The notes beneath the pieces are model-generated. The model had not been told where the DNA came from, did no database searches, and saw only the letters and a list, made by a program, of their open reading frames with translations. Positions 49,446 through 61,835 of a stretch of 64,000 bases of DNA are shown one piece after another. The position numbers and the translations under genes are program-made. Source of the DNA: Octopus bimaculoides (lineage: Eukaryota); contig NC_068997.1 in the NCBI RefSeq assembly GCF_001194135.2, positions 56,918,409 through 56,982,408 of the forward strand, read 5' to 3'. How positions within the stretch are numbered: the stretch's first letter is position 1; the number at the start of each line of letters is the position of its first letter.

Positions 49446-51391
49446 ATTACGTGTGGAGCAAAAAAGCGCTGAATTATATCATGTCTATATTTACATTCCT
49501 TTTTTCTTAATTTTGCGGTTAGATTTACTCTGCAGCCATTTCCTATATTAGGTTAAAAAATGTTACCACATCAATTTCGCAAAAATTGATATGGTATTTG
49601 AGTAATTTTATCAATCATTTCTTATGGCTAATGATGATAGCAGTAAAGAATAATTCAGGAACCACTCAGCTGCTGCTTTTGGTTGCCTTTTCCAGTAACG
49701 ATAATTTGTGCAGATAATTTTTCCCGTTTTTTTTTTCCTTGCTAAAATAGAGAATTCAGAAAGAAATTATTCTGAGATAGTTACACGTCAGTAAATATGC
49801 CTAATAATGCAGCAGCCGAGTAAATTCGGATCTGCAATCGCTAGAAAATCTCAAATTGCTGATGATTTGCTCCAGTGATGAAATTCAAGAAATTCTTCAG
49901 TTTAATTGGTTGACCATGTTATTTTGAGTTGTCTTCGTTTTCATTGACCAGTCTCACTGTCTTGCTGCTTTTCTAATAATATCACAGAAAGCAACCACAT
50001 GAAAGCTGCCATAAAAGTTCTTTAATGATGCAACAAGACAAGGGCAATTTTCTATTACTCTGTCGAAATATCTACAGACAGTCGAGAAAGAATCGTGGCA
50101 CCTGTGTTTTCACTTCTGATGTCAAAGTATTTTATGTAAAACCCAACAGATAATAATGTGGGTAAATTATCGTCATATTCGGGTATTTGTGTTTCGAAGC
50201 TAAGCATATTCTGTGAGCATTCTTATTCAAGACATGCGGTTTGTGTCATTGAGAATTTCAAAAACCCGTAATCAGTTTACCGGAAACTGTTCAGCGGAAA
50301 CTGTCCATGGATGCTTCCGTCATTCATTCTGTATTCTTCTATAGTCGTAGGAAAGCAACGAAATCAGTTAATACACTTGACGGATTTTCTTACCTACTCT
50401 CATTCATTTAGAAATTCTCTCTTTGTGTTTTAGTATTGAGCAACGCCATCATGCAGATATATTTGCTTCATTCAACAACTTTTTACATGATTCTAAAAAC
50501 TTTTTTTTTTTTATTCCTTTTAAGTAACTCCATAAATAATATTGGTTACTACAACAATGTGTGGAACGGTGCTTGATGTGGACACCTTTACTGCAAATTT
50601 GTTATACAGTTAGAAGAAATACCTGACCCTGTATTAATAAAAAATCTATCTAATGAAAGTGAAAGGACATGTTTTTATACATACCTTAGTAATTGAATCT
50701 ACTTTCCTTTACAAATTCAAAGAAGAAGCAGCAGTATGGGTGGATGGAACTCTCGTGACACTGTGTACGTGTCTGTGGAAGTATTTCTTTATTTGCAGCC
50801 AATAATTGAATATATTTTTCACAAGTAAATAATGTAGCTCCAGTATCTCATACATACATACATGCATAAACAAATACATACACACATGCATATATGCATA
50901 ACATATATACATACACATATAAGTATTTCTCTGTCTTTACATAAGAAATGCCGATGCAATTAATTGTTCTCCTGAGAATGATGACAGGAAAGCAGAACAT
51001 GTTTCTATCATTACCAGGATCATTGAGATATTCTACTTCCTCGGGGAATTATTCGATGGAGGGTTTAGACATCTCCATATCTCTATGACTATTTTCCATT
51101 TAACCTTAGAAAAAACTGTCTCATAAGTCTTGGAGAACCTATTCTTGAGATTCTACTCTTCTACTTGGAATTTATATTCCTGATTTTAGAGCAGCAGTCC
51201 AAGAAAAGCATAATAATCATAGACACTGGTCATTTCTGAGAAGTTAGTGATTGCCGTTGCTGTTTTGTCCCAGATCAATTTCATAAAAAATATTGTGAAA
51301 CAGACGTTCCATTCCTGACATTCACATCTTATTTTCAGACACATTTGTAAAAATAATGTACGCAATATGTGTTTAATATCTAAAGAAGTTA

Positions 51392-51606
51392 AAGCAGCAG
51401 GCTGGAAGAATCTTTAGCACGCCGGGCAAAATGTTTAACGTCATTTCGTCCGTCTTTACGTTCTGAGTTCAAATTACCCCGAGGTAGAATCTGTCTTCTA
51501 TCATTTAGGGGTCGATAAAATAAGTAACAGTTGAGCACTGGGGGTCGATGTAATCGATTTATCCCTCCCTCTTAATTGCTGGTCACGTGCAAAATTTGAA
51601 TGCAAT
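51392..51606 (+). mobile_element. tRNA-derived SINE, family A
   Basis: TTAGCACGCCGGGCAAAATG...ACGTTCTGAGTTCAAATT...GGGGTCGATAAAATAAGTAACAGTTGAGCACTGGGGGTCGATG. Confidence 0.9.
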
Positions 51607-52116
51607 ACTTAAAAATGGTAAGTAGTGACCACATTGAGACACGCTTAAAAGTATGTTTGCCAATTATACCGACAGATACGATGTTTCTAAGTAGATTTGA
51701 TAAAGTGTTTGTACATTTTTTCTTTTATAATTTTGCTTACATAAGCCCTTCGTGGTTATATCCACCTATATAGTGTCATTTCAACAGTTTACTAGACCTA
51801 AATATGCATTTTAGGCATTTTAATTTTTAATCTAAAATGCTCAATTATAATAAATTCCATTAGTCTAAATCCAACGTTCTACTCCCATTATTAAATTCTT
51901 CAAAGGGTTTATTTCCTACAGTATTTTCTTTTCCTTTTCTTTTAGTATTTAATACAAAAACTATTTAACCAGCTCGTTTTTCTTTTCGGTGGGTAATAAA
52001 TATTCTATCACGCTTTCAGTATTATACATACATCAATAATGAAAATAGTGACAAGGAAGACACATTATCGCAAAGCCGTTGTAAAATTTGTCTGTCTAAA
52101 AATATTAACATTTACC

Positions 52117-52148
<32 letters not shown>

Positions 52149-52384
52149 GTATGCATATGTAATTATATATGTTCGTGTGTGTCTGTGCACGTACATTGTA
52201 TGTCTGGAAGTACTAAATTATAGTTTACTCAGTCGATTTTACAGTTATCACATTTTAGAGAAAAATATTTTGTGCTGCCGAGGAAGATGGTTGCATTTCC
52301 CCAAACACAACGAAATCTCGAAAAATATAATTGCTTCAACCAATACAACCAGACCCAGTCCACTGATTATTATACTATAAACGT

Positions 52385-52650
52385 ACATTCTTGGTATGGT
52401 TTCCAATATCAGATTCCTGAAACACAGTTGGTCTGTTTATTCTTAGTAAACAATCAGACCGTATTCTTTGAGCACAGTGAGATACTTCTAGTTGTTGGAG
52501 CAGAGTCAGAAATGATATTCTTGAGACACAGCTCGACTTCATTATATTCTTGGAGCAGATTGTCTAAGTATTCTTCAATCACAGTTAGTCGTTTCATAGA
52601 CTTGGAGTAGAGTCAAAAGATATAATATATTTTTGGAACACACAAGAAAA
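52385..52650 (+). repeat. Degenerate minisatellite of roughly alternating ~25-30-bp subunits
   Basis: Recurring ATTCTTGGAGCAGA(GTCA) and ATTCTTGAGACACAG(TT) variants at ~52387, 52413, 52439, 52463, 52517, 52546, 52570, 52600 and 52629. Confidence 0.65.
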
Positions 52651-53277
52651 TATTTAATTGTGTATTTCGCTTTTTTGCATATTAACTCTCTCGGTGGTCC
52701 TTAATGTGTGGCCCTCAAATTATGGCTATTTGGTAAAATTTTTTGCTGGTATCTACATGCTTTTTTGTCCGATCATACTGTGCTTTGTAGCTTAATCATA
52801 TGGCATCACTCTCATTCTCAAGTTGCCCAAATCCTTGTGAATATAAATAGGTCAGCTGAAAATAGGGAAATATATCAAATGGCTTATGTTCTTCGATGCC
52901 TGATTTTAGTTGAATCTACTCGTTGCCCTCAATAATATCAGCCTTCTAATCTAAAGGTTTTGCCACTTCTTCGTCGTATCCGCTTTGGAGGAACTATAAA
53001 GAGTTTGCGGTGCCGGTCTTCATTCTGAGTGAGAAAGCCAAAATCAGTATTTGCATTCTACACCTGTTATTTGTGAATGTATTTATTGATAATAGCGAAG
53101 TAAATATTCTCTTCCTAAATTAGGACCCTACCAACATAGATGTCACGGTATGTTATACGTGGATAAAATCGTCTTTAAAATCCTCTTGTTGTTTATTGTC
53201 AAGAATTTTATTTTCTCAGTCATATGAAGGTGTATAAAACAATTCTAATTTATCCGACCTGAGCTAAGCTTCATAGT

Positions 53278-53440
53278 GTTGGTTTCAAATTTTGGTACAC
53301 GACTAGCATTGCTGGGAAAGGTGTAAGTCAAATCATTGACACCAGTGTTCAGCAGAATTTGAACTCAGAACGTAAAGACGAACGAAATGCTGCTAAGCAT
53401 TTTGTCCAGGATAGTAACAATTCAGCCTGTTCGTTGCCTT
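53278..53440 (-). mobile_element. SINE family A, internally deleted
   Basis: GGTTTCAAATTTTGGTACAC tail and GAATTTGAACTCAGAACGTAAAGACGAACGAAATGC head. Confidence 0.85.
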
Positions 53441-53604
53441 CACAATGTTAACTTTTCACTTCAGTCGGTATCTTGACAAGAAATCGTGTTTTCGCTCCTA
53501 AAAACGCACGTTATATTTTATTCACAATTTTTTTCTTCTCTATTCCCATTTATGATTGAAAGTTAGAAGTTGCGTTCTGTAGTTTATGGATACTGGAAGA
53601 ATCG

Positions 53605-53720
53605 TTTTTCAAGTTTGATACTTTTTCTCTCTAGTGCAGAAACGTGGCCTCTGGAAAGCAAACTGGAGCAAAACGTTATGAGTTTTCTTTATGGTAAATC
53701 GCGTATTACTCTTGACGTTG
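53605..53720 (+). mobile_element. Small RTE-like LINE remnant
   Basis: SLIL...AETWPLESKLEQ resembles S.LLYGAETW.L.KKLE.RL. Confidence 0.4.
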
Positions 53721-54866
53721 GAATGTTCTGCTTGAATGTGCAATGGTAACTGAAGCAAAACTAGTATTTACCAATGCGTGTAGCATGAGCAAATACTTCT
53801 CACTCCAGCAAAAACCCACCGATGCTGCAGAGTTGTAGCCTGGACACAAACATTGCAATGTATCTCGTCTCAGGCTCTAAACGTTTAATTTCACTGGACA
53901 TTATTTATCGAAAAGAATTCAAATTTCCCAGAGGAGGATTTGAAATCAGAGCGTTTGTAACTGCAACAACTTGCCGCGTTTTTACTAGTTACTATCTAAA
54001 ACACTAAACCTCTGATACCTCAGCTATTGAGTAACAGTGTATTTTAGTTTCAGTGATTTAGAGGAAGCCATAATTGCAACCTACCGATCCATAAGACCCG
54101 ATGGCAGCCATTAATATTATCATAAGCAATCGCTTTCATATTTACTCATGTAGAGTAGATCCCTTTCAATTATCTTAATCTTTGTTAATTTATTCTTTTT
54201 AAATGGGATCATCAGAACCATTACCAACGCTATCACGTATAACATTATTATTATTATTTTGTTTTAATTTTTATTATTATTACCGTCCTCATCATCTCTG
54301 TCACAGCCATCTTCATGAAAGTTATTGAATTTAACAAGAATAACGATAAAACCGAGATTAATGAGAATAACGAGCTTCTTCAGAATGACATTATTAATTA
54401 TGATCCTCTTTGATAATTAACTATGTAAATCTACCTTCAATTTTGTGCACTCTCTGTAATTTGCTTGACAAACTCGCAAATAGAGAGCAAGGATCCTCTT
54501 TGATTAATTAATCAAGTATTTAATCTATTCAACTTACATTACTGCTCACTGCTACCAGCTTCTGGCATCTTCCAATAATATCAGGTAATGTTGGATAGAA
54601 ACTTTTGCCACGTTCACATGATGGAATGGGTGTTCAGTGAGGATCAAGGTGAAAGTTACATGGAGGCGAACGGAAATGCACTTGTAAGAAAGTGGCGAAT
54701 ACAGAGAGCCTGTGATGCAGCAGTAGCAGCAGTAGCAGCAGCGGCAACGAATATCGCAGATTAAAGCTGATGAACGAATTTAGAAGTTCACTTCAAATGA
54801 TTCTGATAACGGTTGAAACGGACTAAAGACTTACGTATTTTAAAATAGGAATATAAGTAAGGTTGC

Positions 54867-54915
<49 letters not shown>

Positions 54916-55087
54916 TCGGAGTTTGTGGTTGTATGTGAGTGTCATTCTCTATGTCAGTATGTTTCGCAAACACATTCAAACATTATTACACTGTCATATA
55001 CAAAGAAATACATATACGTGTATACATACATACAAATGTGTGTGAGTGTATGTATATCAGCGCGCACGATATATGTGCGTTTGCCTT

Positions 55088-55495
55088 TTTCACACCATAT
55101 GGTTCTGGGTTCAGTCCCACTGCGTGGCACCTTGGACAAATGTCTTCTATTATAGCCACGGGCCAGCCAAAGTCTTGTGAGTGGATTTGGTTGACTGAAA
55201 ATGTAAGAAGCTGTCATGTCTGTATATATATATATATATAGCTATATGTGTGTGTGTGTGTGTTTATTATGGATGTATTATTTATCTGTGTGTGTGTGTC
55301 TGCGTATGTGTGCATCTTTCTGTCTTTGTTTGTCTCCCACCAAAGCTAGAATATTGGTGTAGGTGTGTTTATGTAACCTAGCGGTTCGACTTAGAAATCT
55401 GTCCCGGGGTCGATTTGTTCGACTAAAAGCCATTAAGGCGATGCCCCAACATGGCCGCAGCCAAATGATTGAAACAGGTAAAGGATGAGAAACAA
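55088..55495 (+). mobile_element. Second SINE family (B): tRNA-like head, central TA/TG microsatellite, conserved tail
   Basis: Head GGTTCTGGGTTCAGTCCCACTGCGTGGCACCTTGGACAAATGTCTTC. Tail GGGGTCGATTTGTTCGACTAAA...CATGGCCGCAGCCAAATGATTGAAACAGGTAAA. Layout recalled as typical of octopus SINEs. Confidence 0.8.
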
Positions 55496-55752
55496 ACATA
55501 CGCATACACACACATACACACATTGTGTGTATGATTGAATCAGTGTACATTTATATGCAGAAATATGTCTTGGCTCAGCCGCCTTGCGCACACGTGCGCC
55601 CATATTCACGCGGAAGCATATATCTACGCAACAGTACTCAGCCACTTAGTTTAGTTAAGAACTATATTACTTCACATAACTTAATATAATTGAGAACTAT
55701 ATTAAGAAAATTTCACAAGCGGAACCGGCATCGTAATATTTACAAGCCATAG

Positions 55753-55805
<53 letters not shown>

Positions 55806-56498
55806 GTATACGCTGAGTGCATTGTTATGTGTCTGTGCCTCTCTGATTCTCTGCATTCTTATATGTCCATGAGTATGTCTGTTTGTCTTTCTATCTGTCT
55901 GTCTGTGTTTTTTTGTCTTTTTTTAAATAACTACAGAACCATTCTGCGTGTGGCAACGTTCACTTGTATATGTGTGTGTGCGTATCTGTTCGACTTAGTG
56001 TTTCTGTATATTTGCGTTTCTGTGTCTGTGTGTTCGTATCTGCAGAGTCTGCTGCTTCCTCTCAATCGCCTGACTGCGTGCGTGTGTGCACGTAGTTGGC
56101 GTGTATTTGTTTGACCATTCTTCGTCGTTGCACTCATATTTCTCGTGTGGGGATATGTGTGTGTGTGTCTCTGTCTGTCTGTCTGTCTCTTTGGATCGAT
56201 ATACATGTGCGTCTTTGTGAGTATGAGTGTGTCTGTTTGAGCGTCACTTACACACACTCTGAGCTGAGATCGGCGTATCTGTATAAATATAAATAACTGT
56301 GCTTGCGTGAGTCTCTCTCTACGTTTGCACTGTGTTTGTGCATGTGTGTTCGCTTCTATGTGTGTATTGGTGTGTGCGTGTGTGTGCACCGATTTGAAGA
56401 CTAATTTATAGCAGAAAGTTGTAATGTCAGTAGGGGAGCAGAGTCTAGTAGAATGTTTGAGCATGTTCATATCTGTATATACAAAGTGTATATGTGTA

Positions 56499-56538
56499 CG
56501 TAGTTCTGGGCGCTGCTCGAGCGAAACTAACACGGCAA

Positions 56539-56575
<37 letters not shown>

Positions 56576-56670
56576 AAAAGTAACCCGAGAAAGTACAAAT
56601 GTGCAAATAAAGTGGAGATAAGATTTGATAGAAAATATTAACGTTTTTGTTGAATGTTAACAGTAATGTT
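56499..56670 (+). repeat. Direct repeat copy 1 of a unit repeated at ~58489-58870
   Basis: TAGTTCTGGGCGCTGCTCGAGCGAAACTAACACGGCAAG(TA)n...GCAAATAAAGTGGAG..GATTTGATAGAAAATATTAACGTTTTTGTTGAATGTT matches TAGTTCTGAGCGCTACTTGAGCGAAAGCAACACGGGAAAG(TA)n...GCAAATAAAGTGAAGAGATTTGGTGGAAAATATTAACGTTTTGTTGAATGTT. Confidence 0.85.
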
Positions 56671-57037
56671 NNNNNNNNNNNNNNNNNNNNNNNNNNNNNN
56701 NNNNNNNNNNNNNNNNNNNNNNNNNNNNNNNNNNNNNNNNNNNNNNNNNNNNNNNNNNNNNNNNNNNNNNNNNNNNNNNNNNNNNNNNNNNNNNNNNNNN
56801 NNNNNNNNNNNNNNNNNNNNNNNNNNNNNNNNNNNNNNNNNNNNNNNNNNNNNNNNNNNNNNNNNNNNNNNNNNNNNNNNNNNNNNNNNNNNNNNNNNNN
56901 NNNNNNNNNNNNNNNNNNNNNNNNNNNNNNNNNNNNNNNNNNNNNNNNNNNNNNNNNNNNNNNNNNNNNNNNNNNNNNNNNNNNNNNNNNNNNNNNNNNN
57001 NNNNNNNNNNNNNNNNNNNNNNNNNNNNNNNNNNNNN

Positions 57038-57612
57038 AACTCTAGCCAAGAGTTTTTATTATTGGAGACATATCCGGGAGTAGAAGGTTGGTCCGGAATT
57101 TGTAAAGAAATTTGTCCAGTAAACATTTTAATTTTATGGGATCCGTTTCCGTTCTGGCGTATTTTGGTATTAAAGAGAGCTGGATCGGTTGAGTTAAAGT
57201 AATTGTGACGTAATGTTGCTATGTGTACCGAGTTAGATTTTTGTAGTCGGCGGAAAGCACGGGGGCCAAGTCTTGGGTGGATTTTAAAATTGATGCCAAC
57301 ATCATTTGTATAATATTGATGGAATATTTTCCACTTCATACAAGTGATGTAGCGCTCCCGGCGGCGTTGGACAGAATAGAGATTGAATTTTTTAGTCAAC
57401 CCCAATAGTGAATGCCTTTCATGCCATTTACTTTCATAATGAGGTGCTTCGTATGGGAGGACCACAGTGGGCAATAGTACTCAAGGTGGGGTCAGGCAAA
57501 AGTAGAGAAGGGTTAGGGTGCAGGCATCTCCAGACTGGAAACTTCTCAGAATCCAGGGGCACTTCTTGCGGGCTACAGAGGATCAGCTGGGCACCTTTTG
57601 TGAGCAAAAAAA
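57038..57612 (-). mobile_element. 3' portion of a CR1/L2-superfamily LINE (post-RT region), decayed
   Basis: Minus strand ARKKCPWILRSFQS / PHLEYYCPLWS / KKFNLYSVQRRRERYI..WKIF / ATLRHNYFNSTDPALFN / IPDQPSTPGY, matching PHLEYC..LWSP and LYSLQRRRERY of CR1-like clades. Confidence 0.85.
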
Positions 57613-57619
57613 AGCACCA

Positions 57620-58368
57620 TAACTCAATTCACTCTGTTAGAAACTTGGAAACATGCTGTATTGCTTGGCATTCGCGCCGGAAGCTCCAATACGAATATTT
57701 CATAGTGTTTGGAGCCAATCTGAGGACAGTGCAATCTAAGGAGATAAACCGAAAGGGATAAAAACCAAACATCCAGGTGTTTGGAGTGATCACTAGTGAT
57801 GGCGACGTTATTCCTCCATTCATCTTCCGACATAGTCTCCGTCTCAACACGTAGGCCTACATCAAGTGCCTGGAGGATGTAGTGCTGCCCTAGGTGAGGA
57901 GAGTGGCTGCTGGAGGAAACCATGTCTGGCAACAGGACTCTACCCCATACCACGCAAGCAGGAGAATACACTCATGGCTGTCAGACAATTTCTGTTACCA
58001 CATCACCGCTACCATCTGGCCACCTAACTTCCCAGACTGCAACATCCTTGATTATTATATTTTGAGCGCAGTAGAGCGAGACAATAACAAAAGGAACTCC
58101 TTGTAATACCAAAGATGAACTAAAGGCAAAGATTATGGCAGCATTCACCAACTTAAACAAAGAGACCAGCCAGAAGAGTTGCAGAAGATCCCGAATTTGT
58201 CTGGTGGCTGCGATCTAAGTCAATGGTAATTATTTAAAAATAAATTTTCTCTTTCGTATTTCAAGATATCGTTATGTAATTTTTAGTAAATATAACTGTT
58301 AAAATGAGATGCCAGCGTCAATCCACTTTTGCGTAATTTAGGTGACAATTTGTTCACCGCACGCTTTA
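57620..58368 (+). mobile_element. Internally deleted Tc1/mariner-superfamily DD37D (maT-type) transposon with right TIR
   Basis: FGVITSDGDVIPPFIF...YIKCLEDVVLP*VRRVAAG..VWQQD-(37 aa)-D with WPPNFPDCNILDYY. Asp codons at 57936 and 58050 are 38 codons apart. Probable terminus GGTGACAATTTGTTCACCGCACGCT-TA. The first Asp region and left TIR are not visible. Confidence 0.88.
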
Positions 58369-58488
58369 TATATGTGTATACATATACTTATTTATATGTG
58401 TGTTTGCATATTTATACATACATGCATATGTGTGTATGTATCTATATATGCATAAATGTGTGTGTCTGTCTGTGTGCGTATGTATATA

Positions 58489-58532
58489 TAGTTCTGAGCG
58501 CTACTTGAGCGAAAGCAACACGGGAAAGTATA

Positions 58533-58566
<34 letters not shown>

Positions 58567-58870
58567 CATATATATNNNNNNNNNNNNNNNNNNNNNNNNN
58601 NNNNNNNNNNNNNNNNNNNNNNNNNNNNNNNNNNNNNNNNNNNNNNNNNNNNNNNNNNNNNNNNNNNNNNNNNNNNNNNNNNNNNNNNNNNNNNNNNNNN
58701 NNNNNNNNNNNNNNNNNNNNNNNNNNNNNNNNNNNNNNNNNNNNNNNNNNNNNNNNNNNNNNTATATATATATATATATATATATATGTGCCTCTGTTTC
58801 AATGCAAATAAAGTGAAGAGATTTGGTGGAAAATATTAACGTTTTGTTGAATGTTGAGAGTAATATGTTA
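58489..58870 (+). repeat. Direct repeat copy 2 (contains an N gap)
   Basis: See 56499-56670. Confidence 0.85.
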
Positions 58871-60741
58871 CTGTCCACGTGATTTCAGAGGTTTTCCTCC
58901 ATAATAGCAATCATGTATTCATGCAGCGAACTGTAGATGATAAATCAATGGTTTAGTCTCTCCCGTGAACATCATGAAGTATACTGCTAACCTACTTTGA
59001 TTAGGCTCTTACACGACAGTTACATGATAACAATGTAAGAATAAAAATAATTATTTTCTTATTTTCATGTAGATCTGCTGTTCTAATATTTCTCCTTTTC
59101 CTCAGCATTCTTGTAATGAGAAAGCTGATTTTCAAATAATGCGATACTAATTTAAATACCGTCAGTATTTTCGCCATTCCTATTCCTTCTTTCATCAAAC
59201 ACGTCATAGATACACAGAGACTTCTCCAGCCTTACATAGTTACGGGAGTTCATCCTATTTCACTGCTGCAGTTATTTCTTTCCTTTGCCAGTCTCATTGT
59301 GGATTTAATTCTTCTCTAATTGGGTTCTTCCCACTTTCATAACACATATTTCTTATACCAGTAAGCCACTAATTAGCTTCACACATTATCTAGCAGCACA
59401 CGTTTCATATACTCAGCAGGTATCACTAGTTAAAGACGTGATAGACTCGTGTATAAAGCCTAGGCAAATCAGTCGCATATCGTGAGTTCAAATCAAATCT
59501 AAATTATTTATTTTTATGTAAATGAGCAAAATATCTTAATCTGTTATTCAGTTGAATGCTTGAGTGTAGACAAAATTTCCAAGGAAACATTTTCTGTAGT
59601 TGGATGGTAACCTCTTTAGGAATTATTTATATTACCTGAAGCTTGCATTAAGAAAGTGGAACTAAGATCTAGTTGCCAAATTCTCTTAATGTGCATTACA
59701 ATATCCTATGATTAAATGCTCATTCGCTTAGTATCCAATTTCTCTCGTCCAGGGATCATATTTCTTTATATTCCAAGCAAATAATGTGTTGACACCTTCA
59801 GCTTTTAAAACTGAAAATATTCTACGTTTAATTCCTAACCGTTTTAGTCCAAAGTATATGCATACTGCTTCTGAGGGTATTGGAGGCTATTCCAGTATTG
59901 GGAGATCATCAGTAGATATTCTACGTGACAGTCAGCCAAGTCGGTGTCCTAAATGAACTTTATGAGCAATGAAGGAATTAAGGATGAGATGCTGGTTTTC
60001 AATTTGGGGCACAGACTCAAAAGCTGATCATCGTGAAGTGATTCAAACTTCAGTAGATTTTGAAATTCTCTCCCAGTTTCTCATATTATCTTCGCTTTCA
60101 AAAACTAAAGTCTACTGTATTTTGCCCACTAAATATCCATCTGTTACCGGATTTACAGATGCAATAACTAAATACCTTAACTCCTGTTTATGGATTTTCT
60201 TTTTTTGTTTTACATAAACGTCTTCTCTGAAGTATTTCAAAATATCGATAAATATTTCAATTAATATTCTGTATGTTACCTTGAAATCTATAAATGTGAA
60301 TCATAATATCGTATGATATACGAGAGCATTTTCCTCAACGAGATTTGCACACGACATTAAACAGCCTGAGTTAAGCTAGGATGGCGACTCGATGTCACTT
60401 GGAGATTTGAATATTATTTACCAAATTTTTGTATGTAAACACTTTCACATAATATAAACATAACAGAATAACATCAGCGAACGATATATTGATCAAAAGT
60501 AAACGATACTCCTACTTCTATCGCTAATAAATAATTACCCCCTCCCACATACACACATAAACAGCTTTTTAGCACGATAAATCTCTACTAGCTACTTTGT
60601 CATGACGAATATCACGTTATTAAGATCTTTTACATTACATTCATGTTTAGTAGGATACAAAGATTGCTGATCGCTACCAATGCTGCTTCCGTCGCCAATG
60701 ACTAACACACACACACATACACACACACACATATCTATGTA

Positions 60742-61634
60742 TCAGGTCATCCCATAAGATCTGTCTGAATTTTGAATAAAGAAAACAAGAGATCAAATGT
60801 TATATTTAATTGAAATTTAATCATCAATGTACTTTCCCTGATTATCTATTTACAAGCTTTTTAATCCCATCAATGTAAAACACTTTTGGTTTCAAAGTGA
60901 AGAACTCAGAAATGTCAGTTTCAACTTCCTCCTGGCTTGCGAAATTTATGTTCCACAAATATTTCTGTAAACTACGAAACAAATGGTAGTCTGAAGAAGC
61001 AAGGTCGGCAGAATATGTGGAGTGAGGAATTTTTTCCCAGCAAAGCTCTTCGATCTTCTGTGAACTGATCTTTGCAGTGTGGGGTCACGGTTTGTCCTGA
61101 TGAAACATCACTCCTTTTCGATTCACTTAAAGCGGGTCTTTTTTTCTTCAAAGCTTGGTTCAAACGCTCTAATTGCTGACAGTAGACTTGAGCATTGATT
61201 GTTGCATTAGGTGGTAACAATTCAAAGTGAGTTATACCTTTGCAATCCCACCAGATAGAATTTTCATTTTTAGTCACCAGTCACAAGTCTATCCAAAAAA
61301 GGTGAAATCAGTTCACGAGAATGGACAGAAGAGCAGATGTCAACTCGGGATTTGCAGTTGCTTTCAGACAATTCATGAGGCACCCGTTTTCCAAGTTTAG
61401 GAGTCTTTCCAAGTTGTTGAAGTTGAGGATGAACAGTTGTGTGGTTTGAACTAAGCTTTATTGCAAATTATTCAACTGATAATGCAGGATTTTCTTCAAG
61501 TGATGCCTCAAGAAGCTTATTATCAAACTCAGCTGGACGTCCTATTCGATCTTCATCTTCAAGGCTGAAATGACCACTTCTGAATTTTGAAAACCATCTT
61601 CTGCAAGTTCTTTCATTCAAGCATTCTTTCCCAT
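60742..61634 (-). mobile_element. Mariner (DD34D-type) transposon, decayed transposase pseudogene with one intact TIR
   Basis: Minus strand YGKECLNERTCRRWFSKFRSGHFSLEDEDRIGRP (HTH region); VPHELS; FLDRLVTGD*K; IWWDCKGITHFELLPPNATINAQVYCQQLERLNQALKKKRPAL. TA|TCAGGTCATCCCATAAGATCTGTCTGAATTTT TIR at 60742. Stops plus an internal deletion after VTGD. Confidence 0.95.
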
Positions 61635-61774
61635 ATATATATATATATATATATANNNNNNNNNNNNNNNNNNNNNNNNNNNNNNNNNNNNNNNNNNNNN
61701 NNNNNNNNNNNNNNNNNNNNNNNNNNNNNNNNNNNNNNNNNNNNNNNNNNNNNNNNNATATATGAAACTACGAA

Positions 61775-61835
61775 TTTCCCGCATCTCGAACTGAACCCGC
61801 GGCCTCTTGGTCAGGAACTTAGTCACCTACTCATA
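61775..61835 (-). mobile_element. Possible tRNA-like SINE head fragment
   Basis: CTCGAACTGAACCCGCGGCCTCTTGGTCAGG resembles the reverse complement of a tRNA-type head with B-box GGGTTCAGTTC. Confidence 0.35.

Larger units (their letters stand above)
8722..61757. other. Ten assembly gaps (N-runs)
   Basis: N at 8722-8821, 17303-17362, 21755-21955, 22680-22823, 26162-26176, 29176-29465, 30167-30482, 56671-57037, 58576-58762 and 61656-61757. Most are flanked by (TA)n or (CA)n. The span given is first gap to last gap, not one feature. Confidence 0.98.

Noticed and set aside
53634-53692. Apparently ideal 59-nt exon (TTTTTTCTCTCTAG|...ATG|GTAAAT)
   Set aside because: One frame reads AETWPLESKLEQ, an RTE LINE motif, so it is better explained as a retroelement remnant. 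Exonisation cannot be excluded without RNA data.
54586-54762. 58-aa ORF ending in an Ala-rich run
   Set aside because: Short, partly (GCA/GTA)n-derived, no recognisable domain.
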